From contig JAFAHO010000060.1 in the NCBI GenBank assembly GCA_019237205.1, positions 716 to 64,715 of the forward strand: a DNA stretch of 64,000 bases, read 5' to 3'. Below the pieces are notes generated by a model. The model did no database searches. It was given only the letters and a program-made list of their open reading frames with translations, and was not told the origin of the DNA. The stretch is from Hyphomicrobiales bacterium. GTDB taxonomy: Bacteria > Pseudomonadota > Alphaproteobacteria > Rhizobiales > Beijerinckiaceae. A program made the position numbers and the translations under genes. Within the stretch, counting starts at the first letter, position 1, and each line of letters opens with the position of its first letter. Positions 29,392 through 39,295 of this stretch are shown here, piece by piece.

Positions 29392-30864
29392 ATGATGAAG
29401 CGAGACGGGAGCGAACGCTTGGCGGCAGAGGCGAAGAGGGTCGGCGCGAGAGCGATTGCAGGAGTCGGGGCGTATGCGCCGCTCCTGAGGCTCGACCGCC
29501 GCGCCGCCGCGCAGGCGCTCAAATTTTCTGGCCTCGGCGGTCGCGGCGCGGGACATCGCGCCGTCGCGGGATGGGATGAAGACGCCCTGACCCTCGCGGT
29601 CGAAGCCGCGCGCCTGGCGCATGGCGAACCAGACGCCGTGGTGTTTGCGTCGACCTCGGCGCCGTTTTTCGAGCGCCTGCAGTCGACGCTCCTGGTCGAC
29701 GCGCTGGCCCTTTCCCCCGAAACGCGCGCCCGCGACGTTTCCGGCTCGCGGCGCTGCGCCGTCTCCGCCCTTGTGGACGCGTTGATCGGCTCCGGCTCGA
29801 CGCTCGTCGCGGCTGGCGAGAGGCGAGCCGGCCGCGCCGGGTCGCCGCAGCACCTTTGGCAGGGGGACGGAGGCGCTGCGGCCTTGGTCGAGGAGGAGGG
29901 CGCGGCGCGGCTTCTCGGCTGGGCGAGCCTCGCGCACGATCTCGTGGACGTCTACGCCTCGCGCGAACATCCCGAGCCCTACGCCTACGAGGAGCGGTTT
30001 GTGCGCGACACGTCGGTGTCCGAGATCTTCGCTCCGACCATTCGCCGCGCGCTGGCGAAAGCCGGAATCGCCGCTGCAGACATCCAGCATGCGGCGGTCC
30101 ACGAGCCGATCCCAGGCCTCTGGCGCGATATTGGCCCAGCTACCGGAATCGCCGCGCCGAACCACGCCTCCGACGTCGCGACCGAGTTCGGCGACCTCGG
30201 CGCCGCGCATGGCCTGTTCGCGCTTGCGCTCGCAACGGCGCGGGCGAAGCCCGGAGAGCGCATCCTGCTTGCAGGATTCGGCAGTGGCTGCGACGCGCTC
30301 GTCCTGGAAATGACCGCGCCGATGCCGGGGGCGGAATCGGCGGAAGAGGCTCTCCAACGGGGGCTCACCTTTGGCGACTATCTGCGTTTCCTGAGCCTGA
30401 ACGGGGCGCTCGACCTCGACTGGGGCGTGCGCTCGGAAGTCGAGCAGAAGGCCCAGGCGACCGTCATCGAACGCTACGGACGCGACATGATCGGGTTCGT
30501 CGGCGGAAGCGACGCGGCCGGGAATGTGCAGTTTCCCAAGAGTCGCATTCCCGTGAGGCCGGACGCCAACGGCCCGGAGCCTATGGAGGACGTCCGCCTT
30601 GCCGAGGATCTCGCGCGCATTGTTTCGGTGACCGCCGACCGGCTGATCTTCACGCCCGATCCGCCATTCTGGTTCGGACTCGCCCAGTTCGACAAGGGCG
30701 CGCGCGTGATGATGGAATTCACCGACGCGGATTCGCGCGGCTTTTCCGTAGGCGACCGGGTGCGCATGCGCTTTCGCGTCAAGTCGCGTGATCGCGCCCG
30801 TGGCTTCCGTACTTATTTCTGGAAGGCGGCGCTGGTCGAGCGCCCAATGCTTGGAGCCCAATGA
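29392..30864 (+). CDS. HMG-CoA synthase-like domain fused to a DUF35/OB-fold domain (thiolase partner)
   Basis: GAYAPLLRL, DEDALTLAVEA, FGDLGAAH, GFGSGCDA; C-terminal VQFP ribbon and OB-fold; start uncertain. Confidence 0.8.
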   Translation: MMKRDGSERLAAEAKRVGARAIAGVGAYAPLLRLDRRAAAQALKFSGLGGRGAGHRAVAGWDEDALTLAVEAARLAHGEPDAVVFASTSAPFFERLQSTLLVDALALSPETRARDVSGSRRCAVSALVDALIGSGSTLVAAGERRAGRAGSPQHLWQGDGGAAALVEEEGAARLLGWASLAHDLVDVYASREHPEPYAYEERFVRDTSVSEIFAPTIRRALAKAGIAAADIQHAAVHEPIPGLWRDIGPATGIAAPNHASDVATEFGDLGAAHGLFALALATARAKPGERILLAGFGSGCDALVLEMTAPMPGAESAEEALQRGLTFGDYLRFLSLNGALDLDWGVRSEVEQKAQATVIERYGRDMIGFVGGSDAAGNVQFPKSRIPVRPDANGPEPMEDVRLAEDLARIVSVTADRLIFTPDPPFWFGLAQFDKGARVMMEFTDADSRGFSVGDRVRMRFRVKSRDRARGFRTYFWKAALVERPMLGAQ

Positions 30865-32063
30865 TGGCGAGCGGAATCAAGGACAAGGTCGCGATCGTCG
30901 GCATGGGCTGCACGACCTTCGGCGAGCATTGGAACAAAGGCTCGGAGGACCTCATCGTCGCCGCATTCGAGGAGGCGCTGGCCGACGCGAAGATCGCGCG
31001 TTCCGACATCCAAGCGGCCTGGATGGGGAATGCGCTCGACGATATCAACGTCGGCAACAGCGCCCTGCCGCTCGCTCATTCGCTGCGCCTAAAGACGATT
31101 CCGGTCTCCCGGGTCGAGAACATGTGCGCGACCGGATCGGAGGCATTGCGCGCCGCCGTCTATGCGGTCGCGGCGGGGGCGGTCGATTTCGCGCTGGCGC
31201 TCGGGGTCGAGAAGCTCAAGGACACAGGCTACGGTGGCTTGCCGCTCCGCACCAAAGGCCTCGCCAATGACCTCTGGCTCCCCTATGGGTCTGCGCCCGG
31301 CTCCTTCGCCCAACTTGCGGGCGCGTATGCGGCGAAGCACCGCCTGAACGGCGACGACCTTAAACGCGCCATGGCGCACGTGAGCTGGAAGAGCCACCAG
31401 AACGCGGTCCAGAATCCGCGTGCGCATCTGCGCAAGGCCGTCGACGTCGACACGATCCTGGCAGCCCCGATGATTGCCGATCCGCTCGGACTCTACGATT
31501 GTTGCGGCGTATCCGACGGCGCTGCGGCCGCGATTGTCACAACGCCCGACATCGCGCGCGGACTCGGGATCGCAAATCCCGTCACGGTGAAGGCGGTGCA
31601 GCTTTCCGCGAGCCACGGCTGGGAGATGCAGTACGGCGCGTGGGATGGCTCTTATGTGCTGAACACGCGCGAGGCGGCGAAGCGCGCCTACGCGGAGGCA
31701 GGCGTGGGCGATCCGGCGGCCGAGCTTTCGCTCACCGAAGTGCACGATTGCTTCTCCATCACCGAGCTCGTCACGATGGAGGATCTCGGCCTGTCGGAGG
31801 AGGGCCGCGCGCCGCGTGACATCCTCGATGGCCGCTACGACCGCGAGGGGGCGCAACCGTGCCAGATCGATGGCGGGCTCAAATGCTTCGGCCATCCGGT
31901 CGGCGCCTCGGGCCTGCGCATGGCCTATGAAGTCTATACCCAACTGCTGGGCCGGGCGGGCGCGCGCCAGCGTGACCGGGTCGACCTCGGCCTCACCCAC
32001 AATCTCGGAGGCGCTCCTTTCAACAGCGTCGCCGCGGTTTCGATCTTCGGGCGTCTGAACTGA
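30861..32063 (+). CDS. SCP2-type acetyl-CoA acyltransferase (thiolase)
   Basis: VENMCATG (nucleophile Cys), EVHDCFS, GHPVGASG, HNLGG. Confidence 0.9.
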   Translation: MMASGIKDKVAIVGMGCTTFGEHWNKGSEDLIVAAFEEALADAKIARSDIQAAWMGNALDDINVGNSALPLAHSLRLKTIPVSRVENMCATGSEALRAAVYAVAAGAVDFALALGVEKLKDTGYGGLPLRTKGLANDLWLPYGSAPGSFAQLAGAYAAKHRLNGDDLKRAMAHVSWKSHQNAVQNPRAHLRKAVDVDTILAAPMIADPLGLYDCCGVSDGAAAAIVTTPDIARGLGIANPVTVKAVQLSASHGWEMQYGAWDGSYVLNTREAAKRAYAEAGVGDPAAELSLTEVHDCFSITELVTMEDLGLSEEGRAPRDILDGRYDREGAQPCQIDGGLKCFGHPVGASGLRMAYEVYTQLLGRAGARQRDRVDLGLTHNLGGAPFNSVAAVSIFGRLN

Positions 32064-32129
32064 AAGGCGGATCCACGCCGCGCCTGAGCGCGGACAGCTC
32101 AACTCATCACCAGCAGGGGAGAAACGCCG

Positions 32130-32961
32130 ATGACGATGCCTGATGCGACCCACTCCATCTCCGCACCGGATGGTGGAACGATACGCGTCTATCGGTGGGA
32201 AGGCGCCGCGCCGAAACGCGGGTCCGTTCAGATTGCGCACGGCATGGGTGAGCATGCGCGGCGATATAGCCCAGTGGCGGAGGCATTGGCCGGCGCCGGC
32301 TACGACGTTTACGCCAATGACCACCGCGGCCATGGCCCGCTCGCCGCAGAGGCCGGCGCTCTTGGAGACTTCGGTCCAACCGGCTTTCCGGCCCTGGTTT
32401 CCGACATGGTCGAGGTCACGCGGATGGCGCGGCGCGAGGGTGGAGACGGAAAGGTTGTCCTGCTTGGCCACAGCATGGGATCCTTTGCCACGCAGCTCTA
32501 CATTCTCGATCACAGCGACCTCGTGGACGGGGTCGCCTATCCGGCTCGGCGGCGCTCGATCTTCTGGGAGCTGCGGCGATGACGGGGCAGTGGAAACTCG
32601 AGGACCTCAACGCGCCCTTCGAGCCAGCGCGCACGCCGTTCTGGCTCAGCCGCGATCCCGCGCAAGTCGACGCCTATATCGGCGATCCGCTGTGCGGGTT
32701 TACCGCCGCGGCTTGCGGACGCCTCGGAGCTCAAACGCATCCGCCGCGATCTGCCGATGTTCCGATCTCGACCCCGTGAACGCCAAGCTCGCCTGGTTCC
32801 GCCCGCTGGTCGACCGCTATCGGGAGGCTGGACTCACCGATGTGTCGTCGCACGTCTATGGCGGCGCGCGCCACGAGATCCTGAACGAGACCAACCGGGC
32901 GGAAGTGCTGGCCGTTCTCCGGACCTGGGTCGACCGCGTCGCGGGCGCCTCGGGCGCCTGA
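32130..32961 (+). pseudogene. Alpha/beta hydrolase (lysophospholipase-like) pseudogene
   Basis: AHGMGEH, DHRGHG, GHSMG, LSRD and RHEILNE lie in three frames; frameshift near 32537 and further lesions at 32700..32765. Confidence 0.85.
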
Positions 32962-33013
32962 GGTCAAAAGCGCTGAGGAGACCCGGCGCTTCCAAACATC
33001 GAGGAGGCCGCGT

Positions 33014-33466
33014 TTGGGCGGGAAATATTTCGAGGAATTCGAGGTCGGTCAGACTTTCGTGCACGAGGTCCGGCGCACTGTCACGGACATGGACAACATC
33101 CTGTTCTCGGCGCTGACCCACAATCCGGCGGCGATTCACATCGACCATGAATATGCGAAGACGACCGAGTTCGGGAAGCCGCTGGTCAATTCGATCTTCA
33201 CCCTCGGGCTGGTCGTTGGCCTCTCTGTGCAGGACACGACCCTGGGCACGACAGTTGGCAACCTCGGCTGGGAAGAGGTCGCCTTTCCGAAGCCGGTTTT
33301 CGCCGGCGACACGATCCGGGCGGAAACGACGGTGGTCGGCCTGCGCGACTCGAAGTCGCGGCCGACGCAGGGAATCGTCACCTTTGAGCACAGGGGGCTG
33401 AACCAGCGCCACGAGCTCGTCTGCAACTGCCGGCGCGTCGCGCTGATGCTGAGGAAACCGCAGTGA
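33014..33466 (+). CDS. Single hot-dog MaoC-family hydratase
   Basis: YFEEFEVG, RRTVT, NPAAIHID, PVFAGDT; TTG start. Confidence 0.88.
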   Translation: MGGKYFEEFEVGQTFVHEVRRTVTDMDNILFSALTHNPAAIHIDHEYAKTTEFGKPLVNSIFTLGLVVGLSVQDTTLGTTVGNLGWEEVAFPKPVFAGDTIRAETTVVGLRDSKSRPTQGIVTFEHRGLNQRHELVCNCRRVALMLRKPQ

Positions 33467-34323
33467 AGTTTCGTTCCCTCCTATTCGTCCCCGGCGATTC
33501 CGAACGCAAGTTCGCCAAGGCGGAGGCGTCCGGCGCGGATGCGCTGATCCTCGATCTCGAGGATTCCGTTGCGCCGCGACAAAAGGAGGAAGCGCGTGCC
33601 CATGTCGCGAGGCTTCTTGACAAGCCCGGGGCGCGCGCCTGGTCGTTCTTCGTGCGAGTCAATGCGCTCGACACGGGCCTGACCCTCGACGACCTCGCCG
33701 CCGTCGTGAAGCCGGGGCTTGATGGCGTCCTCGTCCCCAAGGCAAACGGAGCGGACGACACCGCCCGCTTCGGCCACTATCTCGACGCCTTCGAGACGAA
33801 AGTGGGTATGCCGGTCAGCTCGTTAAAGATGATCGTCGTCGCCACCGAGACAGCCAAGGCGATGTTCGCCCTTCACACCTATGCGCCCGCGCATCCGCGA
33901 CTGGCCGCGCTCACCTGGGGCGGCGAGGACCTCGCCGCGGCTCTTGGCGCAACGGAGAACCGCAAGGACGGCGGCTGGACCTTCCCCTATCAGGTTGCGC
34001 GCGCGCAGTGCCTGTTCGCGGCCGGGGCCGCCGGGGTCACCGCCATCGACACGATCCACGCCGATTTCCGCGACGCGGAAGGGCTTGAGTGCGACTGCCG
34101 CCGTTCGCGGCGCGACGGCTTCCTTGGCCGCATGGCGATCCATCCCGACCAGGTGGAAACGATCAACCGCTGCTATACGCCGTCGGAAGCGGAAATCGCT
34201 CACGCGCGCCGCATCGTGGAAGCCTTCGGCGCCAATCCTGGGGCCGGGACGCTGGGGCTCGACGGCAAGATGATCGATATCCCGCATTTGAAGGCGGCGC
34301 AAAAGACGCTGGCGTCAATCTGA
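33463..34323 (+). CDS. CitE-family beta-hydroxyacyl-CoA lyase
   Basis: RSLLFVPG, LDLEDSVA, VRVN, WGGEDL, DGFLGRMAIHPDQ, GKMID. Confidence 0.9.
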   Translation: MKFRSLLFVPGDSERKFAKAEASGADALILDLEDSVAPRQKEEARAHVARLLDKPGARAWSFFVRVNALDTGLTLDDLAAVVKPGLDGVLVPKANGADDTARFGHYLDAFETKVGMPVSSLKMIVVATETAKAMFALHTYAPAHPRLAALTWGGEDLAAALGATENRKDGGWTFPYQVARAQCLFAAGAAGVTAIDTIHADFRDAEGLECDCRRSRRDGFLGRMAIHPDQVETINRCYTPSEAEIAHARRIVEAFGANPGAGTLGLDGKMIDIPHLKAAQKTLASI

Positions 34324-34339
34324 ACGGAAGGCGTCAATC

Positions 34340-35518
34340 ATGAATGACCCCAGGCCCCTACCCACCGAGGACGACCGTAGCGCGATACGCGAAGGCGTCC
34401 GCGCCGTCGTCTCGAAGTTCGGAGACGACTATTGGCTCGATCGCGACGAGGACGGCGCCTTCCCGCACGAGTTTCACCGCGCGATGGCCGAGGCCGGATG
34501 GCTCGGGATAACCATGCCGGAGGACTACGGGGGCGCAGGCCTCGGCGTCACCGAGGCCGCAATCATGATGCATGAGGTCGCCAGTCACGGCGGCGGGATG
34601 GCGGCCGCTTCGACCGTGCACATTAACCTGTTCGGTCCGCACCCGATCGTCGTGAACGGCACGCCGGAACAGAAGGCGCGGTGGGTTCCTCGCCTCATCG
34701 CCGGGCAGGACCAGTGCGCCTTCGGCTTCACCGAGCCGGACGCAGGTCTCAACACGACTCGCATCAAGACTTTCGCCGAAAAGGTCCCGGGCGGCTACGT
34801 CGTGCGCGGCCAGAAAGTCTGGACGTCGACGGCGCAGGTCGCGAGCAAGATCATGTTGCTCACCCGCACCACCCGATACGAGGACTGCAAGCGTCCGACC
34901 GACGGCATCACGATCTTCTATACCGACCTCGATCGCGCCAAGATCGACGTGCAACGCATTCGGAAGATGGGCCGCAAGGCAGTCGATTCAAACGCCATCT
35001 TCATCGACGGCCTGTTCGTGCCGGAGGAAGACCGCATCGGCGAGGAGGGCAAGGGTTTCTCCTACATCCTCCACAGCCTCAACCCGGAACGTGTCCTGAT
35101 CGCGGTCGAGGCGATCGGCATCGGACAGGACGCGCTCCGTCGCGCCACGCGCTATGCGAAAGAGCGCGTCGTCTTCGATCGACCGATCGGTCAGAATCAG
35201 GGCATCCAGCATCCGCTGGCGGAAAAGTGGATGTATCTCGAAGCTGCGTGGCTCATGGCCATGAGGGCCGCCGAGCTTTACGATACGGGCCGCCCCTGCG
35301 GAGCCGAAGCCAACAGTGCGAAGTTCCTCGGCGCCCGCGCGGGCCACGAAGCCGCGTGGCAGGCGGTGATGACGCACGGCGGCTTCGGCTACGCCAAGGA
35401 ATACCACGTCGAGCGCCTCTATCGAGAGGCGTCACTGACCCGCCTCGCTCCGATCACCGAGCAATTGATCATGTGCTTCATCGCCGAAAAGGTTCTGGAG
35501 CTGCCGAAGAGCTATTGA
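34340..35518 (+). CDS. Acyl-CoA dehydrogenase
   Basis: FTEPDAGLN, GQKVWTS, LNPERV, THGGFGYAKEYHVER. Confidence 0.9.
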   Translation: MNDPRPLPTEDDRSAIREGVRAVVSKFGDDYWLDRDEDGAFPHEFHRAMAEAGWLGITMPEDYGGAGLGVTEAAIMMHEVASHGGGMAAASTVHINLFGPHPIVVNGTPEQKARWVPRLIAGQDQCAFGFTEPDAGLNTTRIKTFAEKVPGGYVVRGQKVWTSTAQVASKIMLLTRTTRYEDCKRPTDGITIFYTDLDRAKIDVQRIRKMGRKAVDSNAIFIDGLFVPEEDRIGEEGKGFSYILHSLNPERVLIAVEAIGIGQDALRRATRYAKERVVFDRPIGQNQGIQHPLAEKWMYLEAAWLMAMRAAELYDTGRPCGAEANSAKFLGARAGHEAAWQAVMTHGGFGYAKEYHVERLYREASLTRLAPITEQLIMCFIAEKVLELPKSY

Positions 35519-35525
35519 GGAGCAC

Positions 35526-36440
35526 GTGATGGGAATCATGCAGGGCAAGGTCGTCATCGTCACCGGGGCGGGGCGCGGCGTCGGACGGGGCGTCGCGCTC
35601 GATCTCGCCCGCGCGGGCGCTGCGGTCGTAGTGAATGATCTCGGCGTCAGCCTTACGGGCGCGGGCGACGAGACGCCGGTCGCCGAACAGGTCGCACAGG
35701 AGATCCGGGCTTTCGGCGGGCGCGCCGTCGCCAACGGCGAGTCGGTCGCTTCATGGCAGGGGGGGCGTCGAATCGTCGAGGCGGCGCTCGATTCGTTCGG
35801 CCGAATTGACGGTATCGTCAACAACGCCGGCAACCTGCGCGACAGCCTCTTCCATAAGATGACGGAGGAGGAGTTCGACGCCGTCATCGCGGTGCATCTC
35901 AAGGGCTCGTTCAACGTCAGTCGCGCCGCCGCGCCGCATTTCAAGAATCAGGGGTCCGGCGCCTATGTCCACATGACCTCGACCTCGGGACTCATCGGCA
36001 ATTTCGGGCAGGCGAATTATTCCGCCGCGAAGCTCGGCGTCGCGGCCTTGTCGAAATCAATCGCACTCGACATGCAGCGTTTCAATGTGCGCTCGAACGC
36101 AGTTGCGCCCTTCGCCTGGACGCGGATGATCGATTCGATTCCGACCAACACGCCCGAGCAGCAAAAGCGCGTCGACGGCCTGAAGAAACTCGTGCCGGAG
36201 AAGATCGCGCCTTTCGTCACCGCGCTGCTCAGCGACGCGGGCGCCGGCGTCACGGGTCAGATTTTTGGTGTGCGCAACAACGAGATCTATCTCTTCTCGC
36301 AGCCGCGGCCGATCCGCACCGCCCACACCTCGGAGGGCTGGACGCCGGAGACGATTGCCGAGCGCGTCTTCCCGATGTTCGCGAATGACTTTTATCCGCT
36401 GCTCCGCTCTGGTGAGGTCTTCACCTGGGACCCGGTCTGA
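35526..36440 (+). CDS. SDR, MFE-2-type 3-hydroxyacyl-CoA dehydrogenase-like
   Basis: TGAGRGVG, VVNDLG, NNAG, GNFGQANYSAAK. Confidence 0.88.
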   Translation: MMGIMQGKVVIVTGAGRGVGRGVALDLARAGAAVVVNDLGVSLTGAGDETPVAEQVAQEIRAFGGRAVANGESVASWQGGRRIVEAALDSFGRIDGIVNNAGNLRDSLFHKMTEEEFDAVIAVHLKGSFNVSRAAAPHFKNQGSGAYVHMTSTSGLIGNFGQANYSAAKLGVAALSKSIALDMQRFNVRSNAVAPFAWTRMIDSIPTNTPEQQKRVDGLKKLVPEKIAPFVTALLSDAGAGVTGQIFGVRNNEIYLFSQPRPIRTAHTSEGWTPETIAERVFPMFANDFYPLLRSGEVFTWDPV

Positions 36441-36442
36441 AC

Positions 36443-37297
36443 ATGGCCATCCGGGCGGACCTCCTGCTCACGCATGAATTCCCGGACGCGCGCCAGAGTT
36501 ACACGAAGCGCGACGCCATCCTCTATGCGCTTGGCGCCGGACTCGGCGCCGACCCGACTGATCCCGCCGATCTTCCGTTCCTGCTTGAGGATCGGCTGAG
36601 AGTGCTCCCGACTTACGCGGTGACGCTCGGCTCGCCGGGCCTGTGGATCCGCGCGCCCGAATTCGGCGTCGATTTCCCGAAGCTCGTCCACTATGAGCAG
36701 GCAACCGCCTTTCACGCGCCCATCCCTCCGGAGGCCGAAGTTATCTCGCGCGCGCGGGTCGCTTCGGTCACCGATCGAGGACCCGGCAGGGGAGCGGTAG
36801 TCGTGGTTGAGCGAAAAATATCCGATGCCGCGAAGGGCACGCCCTACTGCACCCTCCGGCAGACGCTGCTGCTGCGGGGCGACGGCGGTTTCGGCGGCGG
36901 ACCGCCCGCACACTCGCCCTCGATCATCCCAGACCGGGAGCCGGATGCGGTCGCGACTTTCGCGGTCGATCCGCGCGCGGCGCTGATCTATCGGCTGTCG
37001 GGGGACTGGAATCCGCTCCACGCCGATCCGGAGGCCGCGAAGCGCGCCGGTTTTGATCGCCCGATCCTGCACGGGCTCGCCTCCTACGCCGTCGCCGGCG
37101 TCGCGGTCGCCCGCGCGCTCGGGGCTTCGCCCGCCGCGCTTTCCGCCCTCGCTTGTCGTTTCACCGGAATCGTCTTCCCCGGCGACGTTTTGAGTTTCCG
37201 CATTTGGCGCGATGCGTCGGCGGCGACCTTTCAGGCCTTCGTCGGCGACCGCAAGGCGCTCGACCAGGGTTTCGCATCCTTTGGAGGCTTGGATTGA
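36443..37297 (+). CDS. Double hot-dog MaoC / MFE-2-type hydratase
   Basis: ILYALGAG, LVHYEQ, YRLSGDWNPLHADP, RPILHGL. Confidence 0.9.
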   Translation: MAIRADLLLTHEFPDARQSYTKRDAILYALGAGLGADPTDPADLPFLLEDRLRVLPTYAVTLGSPGLWIRAPEFGVDFPKLVHYEQATAFHAPIPPEAEVISRARVASVTDRGPGRGAVVVVERKISDAAKGTPYCTLRQTLLLRGDGGFGGGPPAHSPSIIPDREPDAVATFAVDPRAALIYRLSGDWNPLHADPEAAKRAGFDRPILHGLASYAVAGVAVARALGASPAALSALACRFTGIVFPGDVLSFRIWRDASAATFQAFVGDRKALDQGFASFGGLD

Positions 37298-37467
37298 AAG
37301 GCGATCCGAAACTAGCCGGCCGGCTGTGGCGGCAGCTCAAACTGCCCGCCATGGCGGGGCAAATGTTCATCGTTTCGACTCCGGAGCTTGTGATCGCCCA
37401 ATGCCGGATCGCCTGGCTCGCGGCGGACTACGCGACGGCGCGCGAGGCCATTGGAATTGTCGCATGA
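37294..37467 (+). pseudogene. 57-codon in-frame deletion remnant of a nitronate monooxygenase-family gene
   Basis: LKLPAMAGQMFIVSTPELVIAQC (NMO N-terminus) fused to IAWLAADYATARE (C-terminal helix); 4-nt overlaps with both neighbours. Confidence 0.62.
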
Positions 37468-38468
37468 AGGTTCGCCGCGTCCTGCTCGTCTCGCGCCCGC
37501 GCGGCGTCGCGCAGGCGGAGAATTTCGCGATCGAGGAAACGGAGCTTTCGCCTCTGGCCGGGGGGCAGATTCGCGTCCGCAACGCCTTCCTGTCGGTCGA
37601 GCCCGCGATGCGCGGATGGATCGCCGACAGGGGCAATTACTCGGTTCCGGTCGAGACAGGCTCGGTCATGCGCTCGCTTGCGGTCGGCGAGGTGGTCGAA
37701 TCGAACGCCGCCGAGTTTCGCCCGGGGGAAGTCGTCATGGGCTGGTTCGGCTGGCAGGATTACGCCGACGTGGCGCCCTCCGCGGTCGTTCGCCGCGTCA
37801 AGGAAGTCGACCTGCCCGTTTCTCTCGCGCTCGGCGTGTTGGGCATCAATGGGGTCACCGCCCTGATCGGGCTGGAGACGATCGGCGATCCCAAGCCTGG
37901 AGAAACCGTGCTCGTTTCGACTGCGGCCGGCGCGGTCGGATCAGCAGTCGGGCAGATCGCCAAAATCCTCGGATGCCGGACGGTCGGCGTAGCGGGCGGT
38001 GCGGACAAGACCAGGCTCTGCCGAGAAGTTTTTGGCTACGATGTCGCCATCGACTATCGCGCGGCGGGTTTGAGCGAGGCGATCGCCGCGGCCTGCCCGG
38101 GTGGCGCGAACGTCTATTTCGACAATACGTCGGGCGCGATCAGCGATGCGGTCTGGCCGCGGCTGGCGGTCGGGGGACGGGTGGTGATTTGCGGAACGGC
38201 CTCGATCCCGTCCTGGGATCCGTGGCCGACCGGACCGCGGCTCGAACGCCATCTCCTGGTCAAGCGTGCGCGAGCGCAGGGCTTTGTCGTCTTCGACTAC
38301 GCGGATCGTTGGGAAACCTCCGTCGCGAGACTCGCCGGCTGGGTGCGTGCGGGGAAGCTCCGCTACGTCGAGGACATTCTCGACGGGATCGAAGCCTGTC
38401 CAGACGCGCTGGCGGGACTCTATCGGGGTGAGAATCGCGGCAAAAGGCTGATTCGACTCAGGCGATGA
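37464..38468 (+). CDS. NADP-dependent oxidoreductase (PTGR/CurA-like MDR)
   Basis: FLSVEPAMRG, GWQDY, AAAGAVGS-type motif TAAGAVGS, YFDN; ATG 37464. Confidence 0.9.
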   Translation: MKVRRVLLVSRPRGVAQAENFAIEETELSPLAGGQIRVRNAFLSVEPAMRGWIADRGNYSVPVETGSVMRSLAVGEVVESNAAEFRPGEVVMGWFGWQDYADVAPSAVVRRVKEVDLPVSLALGVLGINGVTALIGLETIGDPKPGETVLVSTAAGAVGSAVGQIAKILGCRTVGVAGGADKTRLCREVFGYDVAIDYRAAGLSEAIAAACPGGANVYFDNTSGAISDAVWPRLAVGGRVVICGTASIPSWDPWPTGPRLERHLLVKRARAQGFVVFDYADRWETSVARLAGWVRAGKLRYVEDILDGIEACPDALAGLYRGENRGKRLIRLRR

Positions 38469-38476
38469 AAAAATTT

Positions 38477-39277
38477 TCACGCGTCCCGGTAGGCCGGCGC
38501 ACGCTTCTCGCGAAAGGCCTTGACCGCCTCGCGATGGTCGTCGGTGTCGATCAGGATGACTTGCTGGCGGTCTTCGATCGCTAGCGCCGCTTCGAGGCTG
38601 GGCGCGTCGATCTCGGCGTTGATCGCTTCCTTGGTCATGCGCAGTCCCATCGGCGCCGCCTTCAGCATGTCCTCGGCGAGCGCGAGGCCCGCGTCGAGGA
38701 GCTTGTCCAGCGGAACGATCTCGCTGACCAGGCCCATGCGGAACGCACGCTCCGCGTTGACGAAACGGCCGGACAGGAGAAACTCGGAGGCGTTGGAGAC
38801 GCCGACCAGCCGCGGCAATAAGTAGCCCGCGCCCATATCGCAGCCGCCGAGGCCGATTCGGATATAGGCCGCATTCATGCGGACGTCAGGCGCCGCGTAT
38901 CGTACGTCGGCGGCGAGCGCCAGCGAGAAGCCGCCGCCGCAGGCGGCGTCGTGAATGAGCGCGATGATCGGCTGCGGGCAGAAGCGCATGGCGCGCACGA
39001 CGCCGGAATAAAGCTTCTGCATGGCCATCTGGCGCTGGGCGCGTCCCGACCCCTGCTCGGCGAAGGCCTCGGTCCCAAGGTCGGCTCCGGCGCAGAAGAG
39101 TCGACCCTCGCCGCGCAGAATGACGACTCGCACGTCGAGGCGGGCCTTGAGTCCGTCAAAATAGGCCGTGATCTCGCGCGCCATTTCGGGTGAGAGGGCG
39201 TTCAGCTCTTCCGGCCGGTTCAGCGATAGGATTTCGACGGCGCCTCGCCGCTCGAGCTTCAGCGTCGTGTAAGTCAT
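38477..39277 (-). CDS. Enoyl-CoA hydratase/isomerase family
   Basis: LNRPEELNAL, FCAGADL, QPIIALI, GGGFSLALAAD. Confidence 0.9.
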   Translation of the reverse strand: MTYTTLKLERRGAVEILSLNRPEELNALSPEMAREITAYFDGLKARLDVRVVILRGEGRLFCAGADLGTEAFAEQGSGRAQRQMAMQKLYSGVVRAMRFCPQPIIALIHDAACGGGFSLALAADVRYAAPDVRMNAAYIRIGLGGCDMGAGYLLPRLVGVSNASEFLLSGRFVNAERAFRMGLVSEIVPLDKLLDAGLALAEDMLKAAPMGLRMTKEAINAEIDAPSLEAALAIEDRQQVILIDTDDHREAVKAFREKRAPAYRDA

Positions 39278-39295
39278 CGGTTTTCCCGTCCATGC

